A stretch of 64,000 bases of DNA from positions 14,879 to 78,878 of the forward strand of contig JBBRXG010000003.1 of the NCBI GenBank assembly GCA_038248655.1, read 5' to 3'. Position numbers and translations under genes: made by a program. Source of the stretch: Gaiellales bacterium. Lineage in GTDB: Bacteria > Actinomycetota > Thermoleophilia > Gaiellales > Gaiellaceae. Shown piece after piece: positions 26,923 through 35,944 of the stretch; within the stretch, counting starts at the first letter, position 1; each line of letters opens with the position of its first letter. Below the pieces are notes generated by a model. The model was not told the DNA's origin. It was given only the letters and a program-made list of their open reading frames with translations, and searched no databases.

Positions 26923-27909
26923 TCAGCTGTAGCGCGCGCCCGTGAGCTCTGCCAGCTTGGCCAGGCTGTGCTCGGCGCGCACGCGCCGGATCGTCCCCGA
27001 GCGTGAGCGCATCACGATCGACTCGGTCACCGAGACGCCTCCCGCCAATCGCACGCCGCGGAGGAGCGCCCCGTCCGTCACACCGGTGGCGGCGATGAAC
27101 AGGTCGGCGCCGGAGACGAGGTCGTCGGCGGTCAACACGCGGTCGACGTCGTAGCCCGCGTCGACCAGCTGCCGTCGCTCGTCCCGGTCACGCGGCCACA
27201 GTCGCCCCTGCATCGCCCCGCCGATGCACTTGATCGCCGCGGCGGAGATCACCCCTTCCGGGGTACCGCCGATGCCCATCACGAGGTCGACGCCGGTTCC
27301 CTCCCGGGCGGCCGCGATCGCCGGCGCGACGTCGCCGTCCGTGATCAGGCGGACATTCGCACCCACATCGCGCAGCTCGGCGATCAGCGACTCGTGCCGG
27401 TCCCGGTCGAGGACGACGACGGCGACGTCCCGGGGCGCGATCCCCTTGGCCTCGGCAACCCGGCGGACGTTCTCGGCCGGCGACTGTCGGATATCGATCG
27501 CGTCGGCCGCGGCCGCACCGACCGCGATCTTGTCCATGTACACGGCCGCCCCCGGGGAGAACATCGTTCCGCGCTCGGCGACGGCGATCACGGCGATCGC
27601 GTTCGGCGCGCCGTTCGCTGTCAGGCGCGTGCCTTCGAGCGGGTCGACCGCCACGTCGACCGCCGGCCCCTCCCCGCTCCCGACCTCCTCGCCGTTGAAG
27701 AGCATCGGTGCCTGGTCCTTCTCCCCCTCGCCGATCACGACCACGCCGTCCATCGCGACCGTGTCGAGCATCAGCCGCATCGCGTCGACTGCGGCCTGGT
27801 CGGCCGCCTCCTTGTCTCCCCGACCGACCCACCGTGCCGCCCCCATCGCCGCGGCCTCGGTCACCCGCACGAGCTCGAGCGCCAGGTTCCGGTCCGGGGG
27901 GAGGCTCAC
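26923..27909 (-). CDS. glpX: Fructose-1,6-bisphosphatase class II
   Basis: 328 aa: [52 protein letters not shown]. Confidence 0.85.
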   Translation of the reverse strand: MSLPPDRNLALELVRVTEAAAMGAARWVGRGDKEAADQAAVDAMRLMLDTVAMDGVVVIGEGEKDQAPMLFNGEEVGSGEGPAVDVAVDPLEGTRLTANGAPNAIAVIAVAERGTMFSPGAAVYMDKIAVGAAAADAIDIRQSPAENVRRVAEAKGIAPRDVAVVVLDRDRHESLIAELRDVGANVRLITDGDVAPAIAAAREGTGVDLVMGIGGTPEGVISAAAIKCIGGAMQGRLWPRDRDERRQLVDAGYDVDRVLTADDLVSGADLFIAATGVTDGALLRGVRLAGGVSVTESIVMRSRSGTIRRVRAEHSLAKLAELTGARYS

Positions 27910-27967
27910 GGGGCAATCCTAGAGCGGGCGGGAGCTCGGCGCCCGCGCCGCCGCCCGCGCGAGCCGT

Positions 27968-29485
27968 CTACATGCGCTCGGGCGCCTCGACGCCGACGAG
28001 TCCGAGCGCGGTCGCGATCACCGTCTGCGTCGTCCGGGCGAGATCGCGGCGAAACGGCACCACCTCGTCGGCGGAGATCACACGGTTGTGGTGGTAGAAG
28101 CGGTGAAAGTCGTCGGCAACCCGGATCGCGTACACCGTCAGCATGTGCGGCGCGCGGCGTTCGGCCGCCTCGGACGCGACCTGCGGGAACTCGAGCAGCC
28201 GCTTGACGAGCTCCCGCTCCTGCTCGCCCAGCTCGGGATCGGCGGCAGCGACGGGGAGCCCGGCGGCGTTCCGCATGATCCCGGCGATCCGGGCGTGGGC
28301 GTACTGGACGTAGTAGACCGGGTTCTTCTCGGTCCGCTCGGCCGCCAGGGCGACGTCGATCTCGATCGTCTGGTCCGGGCTTCGGTTGACGAGGTGCCAG
28401 CGGGCGGCGTCGACTCCGATCTCGTCCATGAACTCGTCGAGGAAGACGACGTCGCCGCGGCGCTTGGACATCTTCGTCTGCTCCCCGGCCCGGGTGAGAT
28501 GCACGAGCTGGTACAGGAGCACCTCGACGCGCTCCGGGTCGTACCCGAGCATGCGCGCGATCGCCGCGTACCAGTTTCGTGTCCCGTGATGGTCGGCCCC
28601 GACCACGTAGATCGCCCGGTCGAAGCCCCGCTCGAGCTTGTCGACGAGGTAGACGACGTCGGCGGCCCTGTAGGTCGGCCCGCGGCCGCCGGAGCGGATC
28701 AGGACGCGGTCGTCGTCGTCTCCGTAGGCGGACGAGCGGGCCCAGACCGCCCCCTCGCGTTCGTAGGTGTCGAGCTGTGGAAGCAGTTCGGGCAGCCGCT
28801 CGGCCAGCTCGCTCTGGCGGGCCCACGAGTCGAAGTGGATGCGGAAGCGCTCCAGTGTCCGCTCGATCCGCCGGAGCATCGGTGGGATCGGATCCCCGGT
28901 GGTCGCCGCCAGCTCGCGGACGTAGCTGCCGCGGTATCCGTCCTCGGGCGGCTCCTCCCCGCGGCGCACGGCCTCGACCGACTCGCGGAACTTCTCCATC
29001 TGAGCGCCGGCGTCGTTGTAGTAGTACTCCCGCTCGACCCCGTCGCCGGCGAAGGCGAGCAGGCGGGCGACGGAGTCGCCGATCGCGCCGTTCCGGGCCG
29101 CCGAGACGACGATCGGGCCGGTCGGGTTCGCCGAGACCATCTCGACCTGCACCTGCTCCTGCACGGAAGCGGAGCCGGCCCCGTAGCGGTCTCCGGCCCG
29201 GAGCATCTCTCCGACGGCGTCGCGATACCAGTCGGGCGCAAGCACCACGTTGACGAAGCCGGGCCCGGCAACCTCGGCCCGTTCGACGTCGGGCAGGTCG
29301 GAGGCGGCCGCTGCGAGCCCGGAAGCGAGCTCGTGGGGCGGCACCCCCCGTGCGGGCGCGGCCTTCAGCGCGGCGCTCGTCGCGTAGTCGCCGTGGGCGG
29401 CGTCGGCCGGCCGCTCGAGCTCGACGACGGCGCCGGCGGCCTCCGAGAGGACGGCCTCCAGACGGGAGATCGGGCTAGCCCGCAA
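27968..29485 (-). CDS. argS: Arginine--tRNA ligase (start uncertain)
   Basis: It has class I motifs, the ADHHGT region and KMSKRRG. The TTG at 29485 is preferred over the ORF-track start at 29578, which would overlap the upstream gene by 104 nt. Confidence 0.85.
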   Translation of the reverse strand: MRASPISRLEAVLSEAAGAVVELERPADAAHGDYATSAALKAAPARGVPPHELASGLAAAASDLPDVERAEVAGPGFVNVVLAPDWYRDAVGEMLRAGDRYGAGSASVQEQVQVEMVSANPTGPIVVSAARNGAIGDSVARLLAFAGDGVEREYYYNDAGAQMEKFRESVEAVRRGEEPPEDGYRGSYVRELAATTGDPIPPMLRRIERTLERFRIHFDSWARQSELAERLPELLPQLDTYEREGAVWARSSAYGDDDDRVLIRSGGRGPTYRAADVVYLVDKLERGFDRAIYVVGADHHGTRNWYAAIARMLGYDPERVEVLLYQLVHLTRAGEQTKMSKRRGDVVFLDEFMDEIGVDAARWHLVNRSPDQTIEIDVALAAERTEKNPVYYVQYAHARIAGIMRNAAGLPVAAADPELGEQERELVKRLLEFPQVASEAAERRAPHMLTVYAIRVADDFHRFYHHNRVISADEVVPFRRDLARTTQTVIATALGLVGVEAPERM

Positions 29486-30572
29486 CGGCCTCGCCCCCGG
29501 CACCGGCAGCGCCGGTGCCGGTGCCGTCCCGCCGGGCGACAGCGGCTTTGCCGCCGTCGCTTCCGGCGGACGGCGCAAAGAGCTCCTCGAGCGCCTGCAG
29601 CTCCTCCGCGGTGCCGACGGCGATCAGCATGTCTCCGGGATCGAGCTGGGCGTCCGGATTCGGTGTCGTATCGAACGTCCCGTCCAGCTTGCGCAGGGCG
29701 ACGATCAGCGCCCCCGTCTCGTGACGGATGCGCGACTCGCCGATCGTGCGCCCGGCCTGGGGGCAGTCCTCGGTCACCTCGATCTCCTCAAAGCGCAGGT
29801 CGGGCCCGCCGTGGCGCGAGACGATGTCGAGGAACGCCGAGACGGTGGGCTTCAGCATCAGCTTGGCGATCTCCTGGCCGGCCGACGCGTACGGCTGGAC
29901 GACGCGGGTCGCTCCGGCGCGCAGCATCTTCGACGCCGCGTCCTCGGTCGAGGCCCGGGCGACGATCGTCAGGTCGGGCCGTTCGGAGCGGGCCGAGACC
30001 GTGATGTACAGGTTGTCGACGTCCGAGTCGGACGAGGCGACGAGCCCGCGCGCGCGCGCCAGCCCGGCCTCCGCGAGGTCGGCGTCGTTCGTGCCGGTGC
30101 CGTCGATGTAGGGGACGTTCTCCGCCCGCGCGATCGCGAGCGATTCGGGATTGAAGTCGAGGACGACGAACGGCACCCCGGCGTCGCGGAACTCGTCGGC
30201 GACCTCGCGGCCGACACGGCCGTAGCCGCAGATGATGTAGTGGTCGCTGATCCGGTCGATCATCCGGCGCCTCCTCCGGTCGGACAATGCTCCCGTGAGC
30301 ACGCCGTGAGCGATCAGCTCGACGAGCGCGCTCGCCAGGTAGCCGTAGATTGCCATCCCGGCGAGGATCAGCACGATCGTGACCACCTCGCCGCCCTTCC
30401 CCTGCGGCTTCGTGTCGATCCCGGTCAGCGAGACGGTCACGGTTGCCCGGTAGAACGCCTCGAGCGCGGTCTCGTGCAGGACGAGCGCGAAGGCCAGCGC
30501 CCCACCGCCGAGCACGCTGACGAACGCGCCCATCGCCAGCTTGAAATGGCGCAGGTTGTAGGGCGTATCCAC
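29475..30572 (-). CDS. Two-TM ion-channel protein with RCK/TrkA N and C domains (degenerate K+ filter)
   Basis: It has a pore-like segment TVTVSLTGID, then a Rossmann GYGRVG RCK-N domain and a TrkA-C domain. The GTG at 30572 avoids overlap with the divergent gene. Confidence 0.7.
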   Translation of the reverse strand: MDTPYNLRHFKLAMGAFVSVLGGGALAFALVLHETALEAFYRATVTVSLTGIDTKPQGKGGEVVTIVLILAGMAIYGYLASALVELIAHGVLTGALSDRRRRRMIDRISDHYIICGYGRVGREVADEFRDAGVPFVVLDFNPESLAIARAENVPYIDGTGTNDADLAEAGLARARGLVASSDSDVDNLYITVSARSERPDLTIVARASTEDAASKMLRAGATRVVQPYASAGQEIAKLMLKPTVSAFLDIVSRHGGPDLRFEEIEVTEDCPQAGRTIGESRIRHETGALIVALRKLDGTFDTTPNPDAQLDPGDMLIAVGTAEELQALEELFAPSAGSDGGKAAVARRDGTGTGAAGAGGEAVAG

Positions 30573-30585
30573 GTCAGTAGTATCC

Positions 30586-30891
30586 GTGGCGGTGGAAGGC
30601 GAGGACCAGAGCCAGGAGCGCCAGCTCAACATTCACGTCGAGCCGCAGTTTCTCGGCGGGTACTACGCGAATTTCGCGAACGTCAGCTTCTCCGACTACG
30701 AGTTCACGATCACCTTCGCCCGGATCGACCACGAGGTCGAGGAGGGGGACATCCCCGGCGTCGTCGTCTCGCGCGTGAACCTGTCGACGCGGTTCATGAA
30801 GGAGCTGCTCGACGCGATGCAGGACGCATGGTCGAAGTACTCGGCGCGCGAGGGGATCCGGAACCTGCCCGAGACCCCGCCCCAGCCCTAG
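30586..30891 (+). CDS. DUF3467-family protein
   Basis: 101 aa: GGYYANFANVSFSDYEFTITFARID..., as I recall for DUF3467. Confidence 0.65.
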   Translation: MAVEGEDQSQERQLNIHVEPQFLGGYYANFANVSFSDYEFTITFARIDHEVEEGDIPGVVVSRVNLSTRFMKELLDAMQDAWSKYSAREGIRNLPETPPQP

Positions 30892-32120
30892 CGAGCGACG
30901 TTCCGGGCCTGCCAGGCCCGGACCATGCCGATCCGCTGCATCAGGGTCGGATGGTCGTCGAACCAGAGGTACGCCCAGGTCGGCGGATCCGGATCGCCGA
31001 GGCTCGTCCGGGCGAAGTCCTGGAAGAGCGCCTGGCCGGCCCGCGGATCGCGGGTGGTCTGGAGCGCGGTCCAGTCGGCCTCCTGCTCGAGGTGACGTGT
31101 GATCGCCGCCTGGAGCGGAGTCGCGAGGGTGTTCAGCAGCACGAGGACGAGCAGTGCAAGCGGCACCGCCTCGGGGGTGCGCAGCCCGGCCCGCCTGCGC
31201 GTCGCCCGCGCGATCACGTATGCACCCGGGAACGCGAACAGCGCGTACCAGGCGATCCCCTTGACCAGATGCTCGCGCGCCTGATGGCCGAATTCGTGTG
31301 CGAGCACGAACAGCACCTCGGCGTCGGAGAAGCGGCCGTCGAGGAGCGTGTCCCAGAGGAAGACCTTTCGCGTCGGCCCGAAACCGGTCGTGAACGCGTT
31401 CGCCGCGCTGGTCTCACCGTGCACGTCCTGCACCCGGACCGGAATCCCGCCGACGCCCGCTCGCTCCGCCAGTCGCTCCGCGCGCTCGGCGAGCACGGGC
31501 CGCTCGCTCCGGAGCGACCTGGTGCCGGTGACGAGGTACGGCGAGATGAAGGAGAAGAGCGCGAACAGAACGACGAAGAACGCCGCTCCCGGGATCCACC
31601 AGCGATCGCCGACGAGCCTCGCCAGGCCCATCACGACGAGCACGGCCAGGCAGAGGAAGACGAACTCGACGCCGAGCGCCACCCAGCCGCCGAAGATCGC
31701 CGTCGCGTAGCCGCCGTGAGCGACCCCGTGGCGGCGCTCCCACCACAGGGCCGCGATCTGGAACGGGAGCCCGACGAGCCAGACGAGCGCGAAGCCGAGC
31801 ATCGCGAGCAGCATCCCCGAGCCGATCGGACCGGCCGCCGAGTCGCGCAGGAAGCGCCTTCCCCAGCGCGCGTAGCCGACGAAGACGACGATCGTCACCA
31901 CGGCGGAGATCAGCGAGTCGACCCGGAGGAACCGCTCGTATCGATCGCCTGCGCGGAGCAGGCTCTCGGTGAAGAAGTCGCGGCCGCGAAGTCCGTCGAT
32001 GTGCAGGTTGCCGGGCACGTGCGTCGAGTGCCAGAGGAAGAACGCGGCTGCAGCCCAGGCTCCGGCGAGCGTCGCTAAGGTTGCGAGCCGCAGCGGGAGG
32101 CCCATGCGCGTCGCAGTCAT
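30888..32120 (-). CDS. M48-family zinc metallopeptidase (Ste24/HtpX-like), membrane-bound
   Basis: 410 aa, multi-TM, with HExxH in VLAHEFGHQAREH. Confidence 0.8.
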   Translation of the reverse strand: MTATRMGLPLRLATLATLAGAWAAAAFFLWHSTHVPGNLHIDGLRGRDFFTESLLRAGDRYERFLRVDSLISAVVTIVVFVGYARWGRRFLRDSAAGPIGSGMLLAMLGFALVWLVGLPFQIAALWWERRHGVAHGGYATAIFGGWVALGVEFVFLCLAVLVVMGLARLVGDRWWIPGAAFFVVLFALFSFISPYLVTGTRSLRSERPVLAERAERLAERAGVGGIPVRVQDVHGETSAANAFTTGFGPTRKVFLWDTLLDGRFSDAEVLFVLAHEFGHQAREHLVKGIAWYALFAFPGAYVIARATRRRAGLRTPEAVPLALLVLVLLNTLATPLQAAITRHLEQEADWTALQTTRDPRAGQALFQDFARTSLGDPDPPTWAYLWFDDHPTLMQRIGMVRAWQARNVAR

Positions 32121-32829
32121 CTCCGATATCCACGCTAACCTGCACGCGCTCGAGGCGGTGAGCGAGGCGATCGAGGCCGCCGCCCCCGATGCGATCTGGT
32201 GCCTCGGCGACGTGGTCGGCTACGGTCCGATGCCGACCGAATGCTGTGCCTGGGCGGCAGACCGGACGCGCATCTGCCTCGTCGGCAATCACGACCTCGG
32301 CGTGCTGGGCACGCTCGACCTCGAGGACTTCTCGCCGGATGCGGCGACGGTCGCGCGCTGGACACGCGAGCGCCTCGACCCGGGGGCCCGGTCGTACCTC
32401 GACCGCCTCGGCTCGAAGGCGGCGTGTGACGGCGTCGGCCTGTACCACGGGAGCCCGCGCGATCCGGTCTGGGAGTACGTGCTGACGTGGGAGGCGGCAC
32501 GCGACGCGATCCGCGACTCGGGAACCGACGTCACTCTCGTCGGCCACAGCCACGTGCCGCTCGCGATCGTCGACGGACGGGGCTCGATCGGCGGCCACGC
32601 CGCCGGGGGAACCGAGGTCGATCTCGCCGCCGGCCGCTGGCTGCTCAACCCCGGCTCGGTCGGCCAGCCGCGCGACGGAGATCCCGCTGCGGCGTGGCTC
32701 CTGCTCGACCTCGACGCCGGGCGCGCAGCGTTTCGGCGGGTGGCCTACGACGTCGCTCGAACCAAGGCTGAGATCAGGGAGCAGGGACTACCCGATGCGC
32801 TCGCGGAACGCCTTGCGCACGGCGTGTAG
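32104..32829 (+). CDS. Metallophosphoesterase (YfcE/MJ0936-like)
   Basis: The ATG at 32104 gives MRVAVISDIHANLHALEAV, then GDVVGYGP, GNHD and GHSH. Confidence 0.8.
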   Translation: MRVAVISDIHANLHALEAVSEAIEAAAPDAIWCLGDVVGYGPMPTECCAWAADRTRICLVGNHDLGVLGTLDLEDFSPDAATVARWTRERLDPGARSYLDRLGSKAACDGVGLYHGSPRDPVWEYVLTWEAARDAIRDSGTDVTLVGHSHVPLAIVDGRGSIGGHAAGGTEVDLAAGRWLLNPGSVGQPRDGDPAAAWLLLDLDAGRAAFRRVAYDVARTKAEIREQGLPDALAERLAHGV

Positions 32830-33106
32830 CGCCGCCCTCGTGCTCGCTGCCCTGGCCGGCTGCGGCGGGAGCGCAAACGACGAGCGTCTGCCCGTGCTCG
32901 CCGCTCTGCGCATCGGGGCACTCGCCCGCGGCGTCGCCGCCGGACGCGGCTGCGGAGCGCCGCTCGTCTCGGCGGTGGTCGCCGCAGTTAACCGCGGCGA
33001 GGTGCCGCCCGGCCTGCAGGAGCGGCTCCTCTCCGACTCCAACCGCGTGGCGTCGACCTGCTCGAGGCCGCTGGCCCGCGCGCTGTCCGACCGCCTGCGG
33101 CCCTAG
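32795..33106 (+). CDS. Small putative lipoprotein
   Basis: 103 aa with a lipobox (LAALAGC-GGS) and high GC3. No family is recognised. Confidence 0.45.
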   Translation: MRSRNALRTACSAALVLAALAGCGGSANDERLPVLAALRIGALARGVAAGRGCGAPLVSAVVAAVNRGEVPPGLQERLLSDSNRVASTCSRPLARALSDRLRP

Positions 33107-33690
33107 CCGGCGGTCTCTACATCGGCCTCGACCGGCTTCGGCCGGCTGCCGAACGTGATCCCCTCGCGAGCGAGGGCGAGGGCGACCTCTTCGCGCGCCT
33201 TGTAGATGCGCCACTTGACGGTCGCGAGCGTGACCTCCAGCGAGTCGGCGATCTCCGTGTACGAGAGCCCGGTGACGTCGCGGAGGAGAAGCGCCATCTT
33301 CAGGTCGACGGACAGGGCGTCGATCGCGCGCCACAACGCGTCGACCGTCTCGCCGCGCTCGTACGGCGCGTCGAGCACCTCGAGGGGCGCGATGTCGTCG
33401 AGCGCGACCAGGTGCCGCGGCCGGCGCTCGCTCGCGCGCAGCTCGTCGAGGACGCGGTTCTTGGTCACCTGGAAGAGCCAGGTCGTGAACTTGCACCGCA
33501 GCGAGAACCTCGGCAGCCCCTGGTAGACGCGCAGGAACACCTCCTGGGTCAGGTCCTCGGCCAGCGACCGGTCTCCGACGAGGCGGAGGACGTAGTTGTA
33601 GACCGGCGTCTCGTACGCCCGTACGATCAGCGAGAACGCCCGCTCGTCACCCCGCTGGGCCTTCCGCAGCACCCCGAGATCAGGTTGCAT
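33103..33690 (-). CDS. ECF-type RNA polymerase sigma-70 factor
   Basis: Region 2 (AFSLIVRAYETPVYNYVLRLVGDRSLAEDLTQEVFLRVY) and region 4 (LSYTEIADSLEVTLATVKWRIYKAR). I prefer the ATG at 33690 over the TTG at 33699. Confidence 0.8.
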   Translation of the reverse strand: MQPDLGVLRKAQRGDERAFSLIVRAYETPVYNYVLRLVGDRSLAEDLTQEVFLRVYQGLPRFSLRCKFTTWLFQVTKNRVLDELRASERRPRHLVALDDIAPLEVLDAPYERGETVDALWRAIDALSVDLKMALLLRDVTGLSYTEIADSLEVTLATVKWRIYKAREEVALALAREGITFGSRPKPVEADVETAG

Positions 33691-33708
33691 CAGTGACAAG
33701 GCGGGCGG

Positions 33709-33736
33709 AGTATAGCCCCGCCAGCCGAATCCTGAA
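33709..33736 (-). promoter_or_regulatory. Possible sigma-70-type promoter for the ECF sigma gene
   Basis: On the minus strand: TTCAGG, 16 nt, TATACT, ending about 19 nt upstream of the ATG at 33690. This is a pattern match only. Confidence 0.25.
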
Positions 33737-33764
33737 CCTCCGCGCGGGAGGGTTTACGAAAGGC

Positions 33765-35213
33765 TTACCCTCGGGTCGCGAGGAGGGTCCGTCCGGTCAT
33801 CTCCGCCGGCGCCTCGATGGCGAGCAGGTCGAGGACGGTCGGCGCGAGGTCTGCGAGCTCGCCGTCCGGGCGCAGGTCCCCGCCGGGCAGTGTGACGACG
33901 AGCGGTACCGGGTTCGTCGTGTGGGCCGTGTGCGGGCTGACGCCGTCGGCGGCGAGCATCTTCTCGGCGTTGCCGTGGTCGGCGGTGACGAGCGAGACGC
34001 CGTCTGCGAGTGCGACGGCGGCGAGCACATCTCCGAGGCAACGGTCGGTCGCCTCGACAGCCGCGATCGCAGCCGGGATCGAGCCCGAGTGGCCGACCAT
34101 GTCCGGATTTGCGAAGTTGACGATCCCGAAGCCGTAGTCACGGCCGATCTCGGCCGCGAAGCGGCGAGCGACCTCCGCCGCCGACATCTCGGGCCTCCGG
34201 TCATAGGTGCCGACGTCACGCGGCGAGGGAACGAGCACCCGCGTCTCCCCGGGCCACTCGTCCTCGCGACCACCGTTGAGGAAGTAGGTCACGTGGGCGT
34301 ACTTCTCCGTCTCGGCACAGTGGAGCTGGCGCACCCCCTGGCGGGCGAGCACCTCGGCGAGGGCGTCCGGCACCTGCTGCTCCTCGAAGACGACCGGACA
34401 GTCGAGCTCGTCGCTGTACCGGGTCATCGTCGTCAGATCGAGGCCGGCGCCGAGCAGGAGCTGCGACAGCTGGCGTGCCCGGTCGGGCCGGAAGTTGAAG
34501 AAGATCACCGCGTCCCCCGGCTCGATCCCGGGCCGACCCTCGAAGTGGACCGGCTCGAGGAACTCGTCGGTCACACCGGCGTCGTACTGCCGTTGCACGT
34601 ACGTGAAGGGGTCAGACCCCGTTACCGGAGTGCAACGGACGATCGCATCGTAGGCCCGTTCCGTCCGCTCCCGTCGCCCGTCGCGGTCCATTGCGTAGTA
34701 CCGGCCCGCGACGGAGGCGATCCGGTCAACCGGCAGCTCGGCGAGGTCGCCGAGCGCGGCGTGCGGCGAGACGTCGCGCCCGTCGGTGAAGGCGTGGATC
34801 CACGTCTTCTCGAGGGCGAACCGGAGCAGGGCGCGGAGGTGGTCGATATGCGAGTGGACGCCGCCGTGCGAGACGAGGCCGAGCAGGTGGACGCGGGCGC
34901 CGCGCTCGAACGCGTCCCGGAGCGCCGGGTTCTCGAAGAACGACCCGTCCTCGATCGCCTTGTTCACCCGCATCAGGTCCTGGTAGAGGATCCGCCCCGA
35001 GCCGATCGTCAGATGGCCGACCTCGGAGTTCCCCATCTGGCCCGGCGGCAGACCGACCGCGGCGCCCGATGCCTGAAGCGTCGTGTGCGGGTGCTCTGCC
35101 CAGAGCCGGTCGAAGACGGGGGTCTCGGCGAGATCGACCGCGTTGCCGGGACCCGGCGGGGCGAGCCCCCAGCCGTCCAGGACGACGAGGACGACGAGCG
35201 GGACCGGGTTCAG
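33765..35213 (-). CDS. gpmI: 2,3-bisphosphoglycerate-independent phosphoglycerate mutase; probable CTG start
   Basis: The ORF track starts at the Met of GQMGNSEVGH (35036). The in-frame upstream 59 codons encode the conserved N-terminus (NPVPLVVLVVLDGWGLAPPGPGNAVDLAETPVFDRLW). The only plausible start is the CTG at 35213, which overlaps the tpiA TGA. Confidence 0.85.
   Translation of the reverse strand: MNPVPLVVLVVLDGWGLAPPGPGNAVDLAETPVFDRLWAEHPHTTLQASGAAVGLPPGQMGNSEVGHLTIGSGRILYQDLMRVNKAIEDGSFFENPALRDAFERGARVHLLGLVSHGGVHSHIDHLRALLRFALEKTWIHAFTDGRDVSPHAALGDLAELPVDRIASVAGRYYAMDRDGRRERTERAYDAIVRCTPVTGSDPFTYVQRQYDAGVTDEFLEPVHFEGRPGIEPGDAVIFFNFRPDRARQLSQLLLGAGLDLTTMTRYSDELDCPVVFEEQQVPDALAEVLARQGVRQLHCAETEKYAHVTYFLNGGREDEWPGETRVLVPSPRDVGTYDRRPEMSAAEVARRFAAEIGRDYGFGIVNFANPDMVGHSGSIPAAIAAVEATDRCLGDVLAAVALADGVSLVTADHGNAEKMLAADGVSPHTAHTTNPVPLVVTLPGGDLRPDGELADLAPTVLDLLAIEAPAEMTGRTLLATRG
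34591..34639. repeat. 49-nt near-palindrome inside gpmI containing a copy of GGGGTCAGACCCCGTTAC
   Basis: CCGTTGCAC-N9-GGGGTCAGACCCC-N9-GTGCAACGG. The 18 nt at 34609-34626 are identical to the reverse complement of 578-595. Confidence 0.7.
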
Positions 35214-35920
35214 CCGGTCCCTCTCGGAGCAGACCCGACGATCGCCGCGAACGAGTCGACGTCGAGTGAGGCGCCTCCGACGAGCGCGCCGGAGACGTCC
35301 GGCAGGGCGAGCAGGTCAGCCGCGTTCTCCGGCTTGACCGAGCCGCCGTAGAGGATGGGCACGTCGAGCAGCGCCCGAATGAACGCATGCGCCTCCTGAA
35401 CCTGCTCGGGCGTCGCCGTTCTGCCTGTTCCGATCGCCCAGACCGGCTCGTAGGCGACGACGAGCTGCTCGTGCGCTTCGAGCACCGCCAGCTGGCGCCT
35501 GAGCACGTCCTCGGTCTTGCCGCGCCCGCGTTCCTCCTCCGTCTCGCCCACGCACGCGATCACCCAGAGGCCCGCCTCGAGCGCAGCGCTCGCCCGCCGG
35601 GCGACCCCGTCGTCGGTCTCCCCGAAGAGGAGGCGGCGCTCGGAGTGCCCGACGATCGTCCCGTACACGCCGAGCTCCTGGAGCATGGTGGCCGAGACCT
35701 CGCCGGTGAACGCCCCTTCCTGCTCCCAGTGGACGTTCTGGGCGGCGACCGCGATCTCGGTGCCGGCGAGCGCCTGGACCGCACCGGCGAGCGACGGAAA
35801 GGGCGGGCAGACGGCGACGTCCACTCCCTCGACGTCCGCCAGCCGCTCGCGAAGCGCCCCGCAGTACCAGGGCGTCTCCTGCGAGCCCTTGTACATCTTC
35901 CAGTTCCCCGCGATCAGCAC
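35210..35920 (-). CDS. tpiA: Triosephosphate isomerase
   Basis: 236 aa: MLIAGNWKM, VGHSERR, AYEPVWAIGTG. GTG start with an AGGA RBS. Confidence 0.9.
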   Translation of the reverse strand: MLIAGNWKMYKGSQETPWYCGALRERLADVEGVDVAVCPPFPSLAGAVQALAGTEIAVAAQNVHWEQEGAFTGEVSATMLQELGVYGTIVGHSERRLLFGETDDGVARRASAALEAGLWVIACVGETEEERGRGKTEDVLRRQLAVLEAHEQLVVAYEPVWAIGTGRTATPEQVQEAHAFIRALLDVPILYGGSVKPENAADLLALPDVSGALVGGASLDVDSFAAIVGSAPRGTG

Positions 35921-35944
35921 GGATCGATCCTAAAGGCCACGTCC

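Noticed and set aside
32103-32120. Divergent M48 peptidase and metallophosphoesterase genes with overlapping 5' ends (a CATG shared by both possible start codons at 32103-32106).
   Set aside because: Start-codon choice for the peptidase is uncertain (ATG at 32120 or 32105). Leaderless or overlapping divergent starts are common in Actinomycetota. No additional signal was seen.
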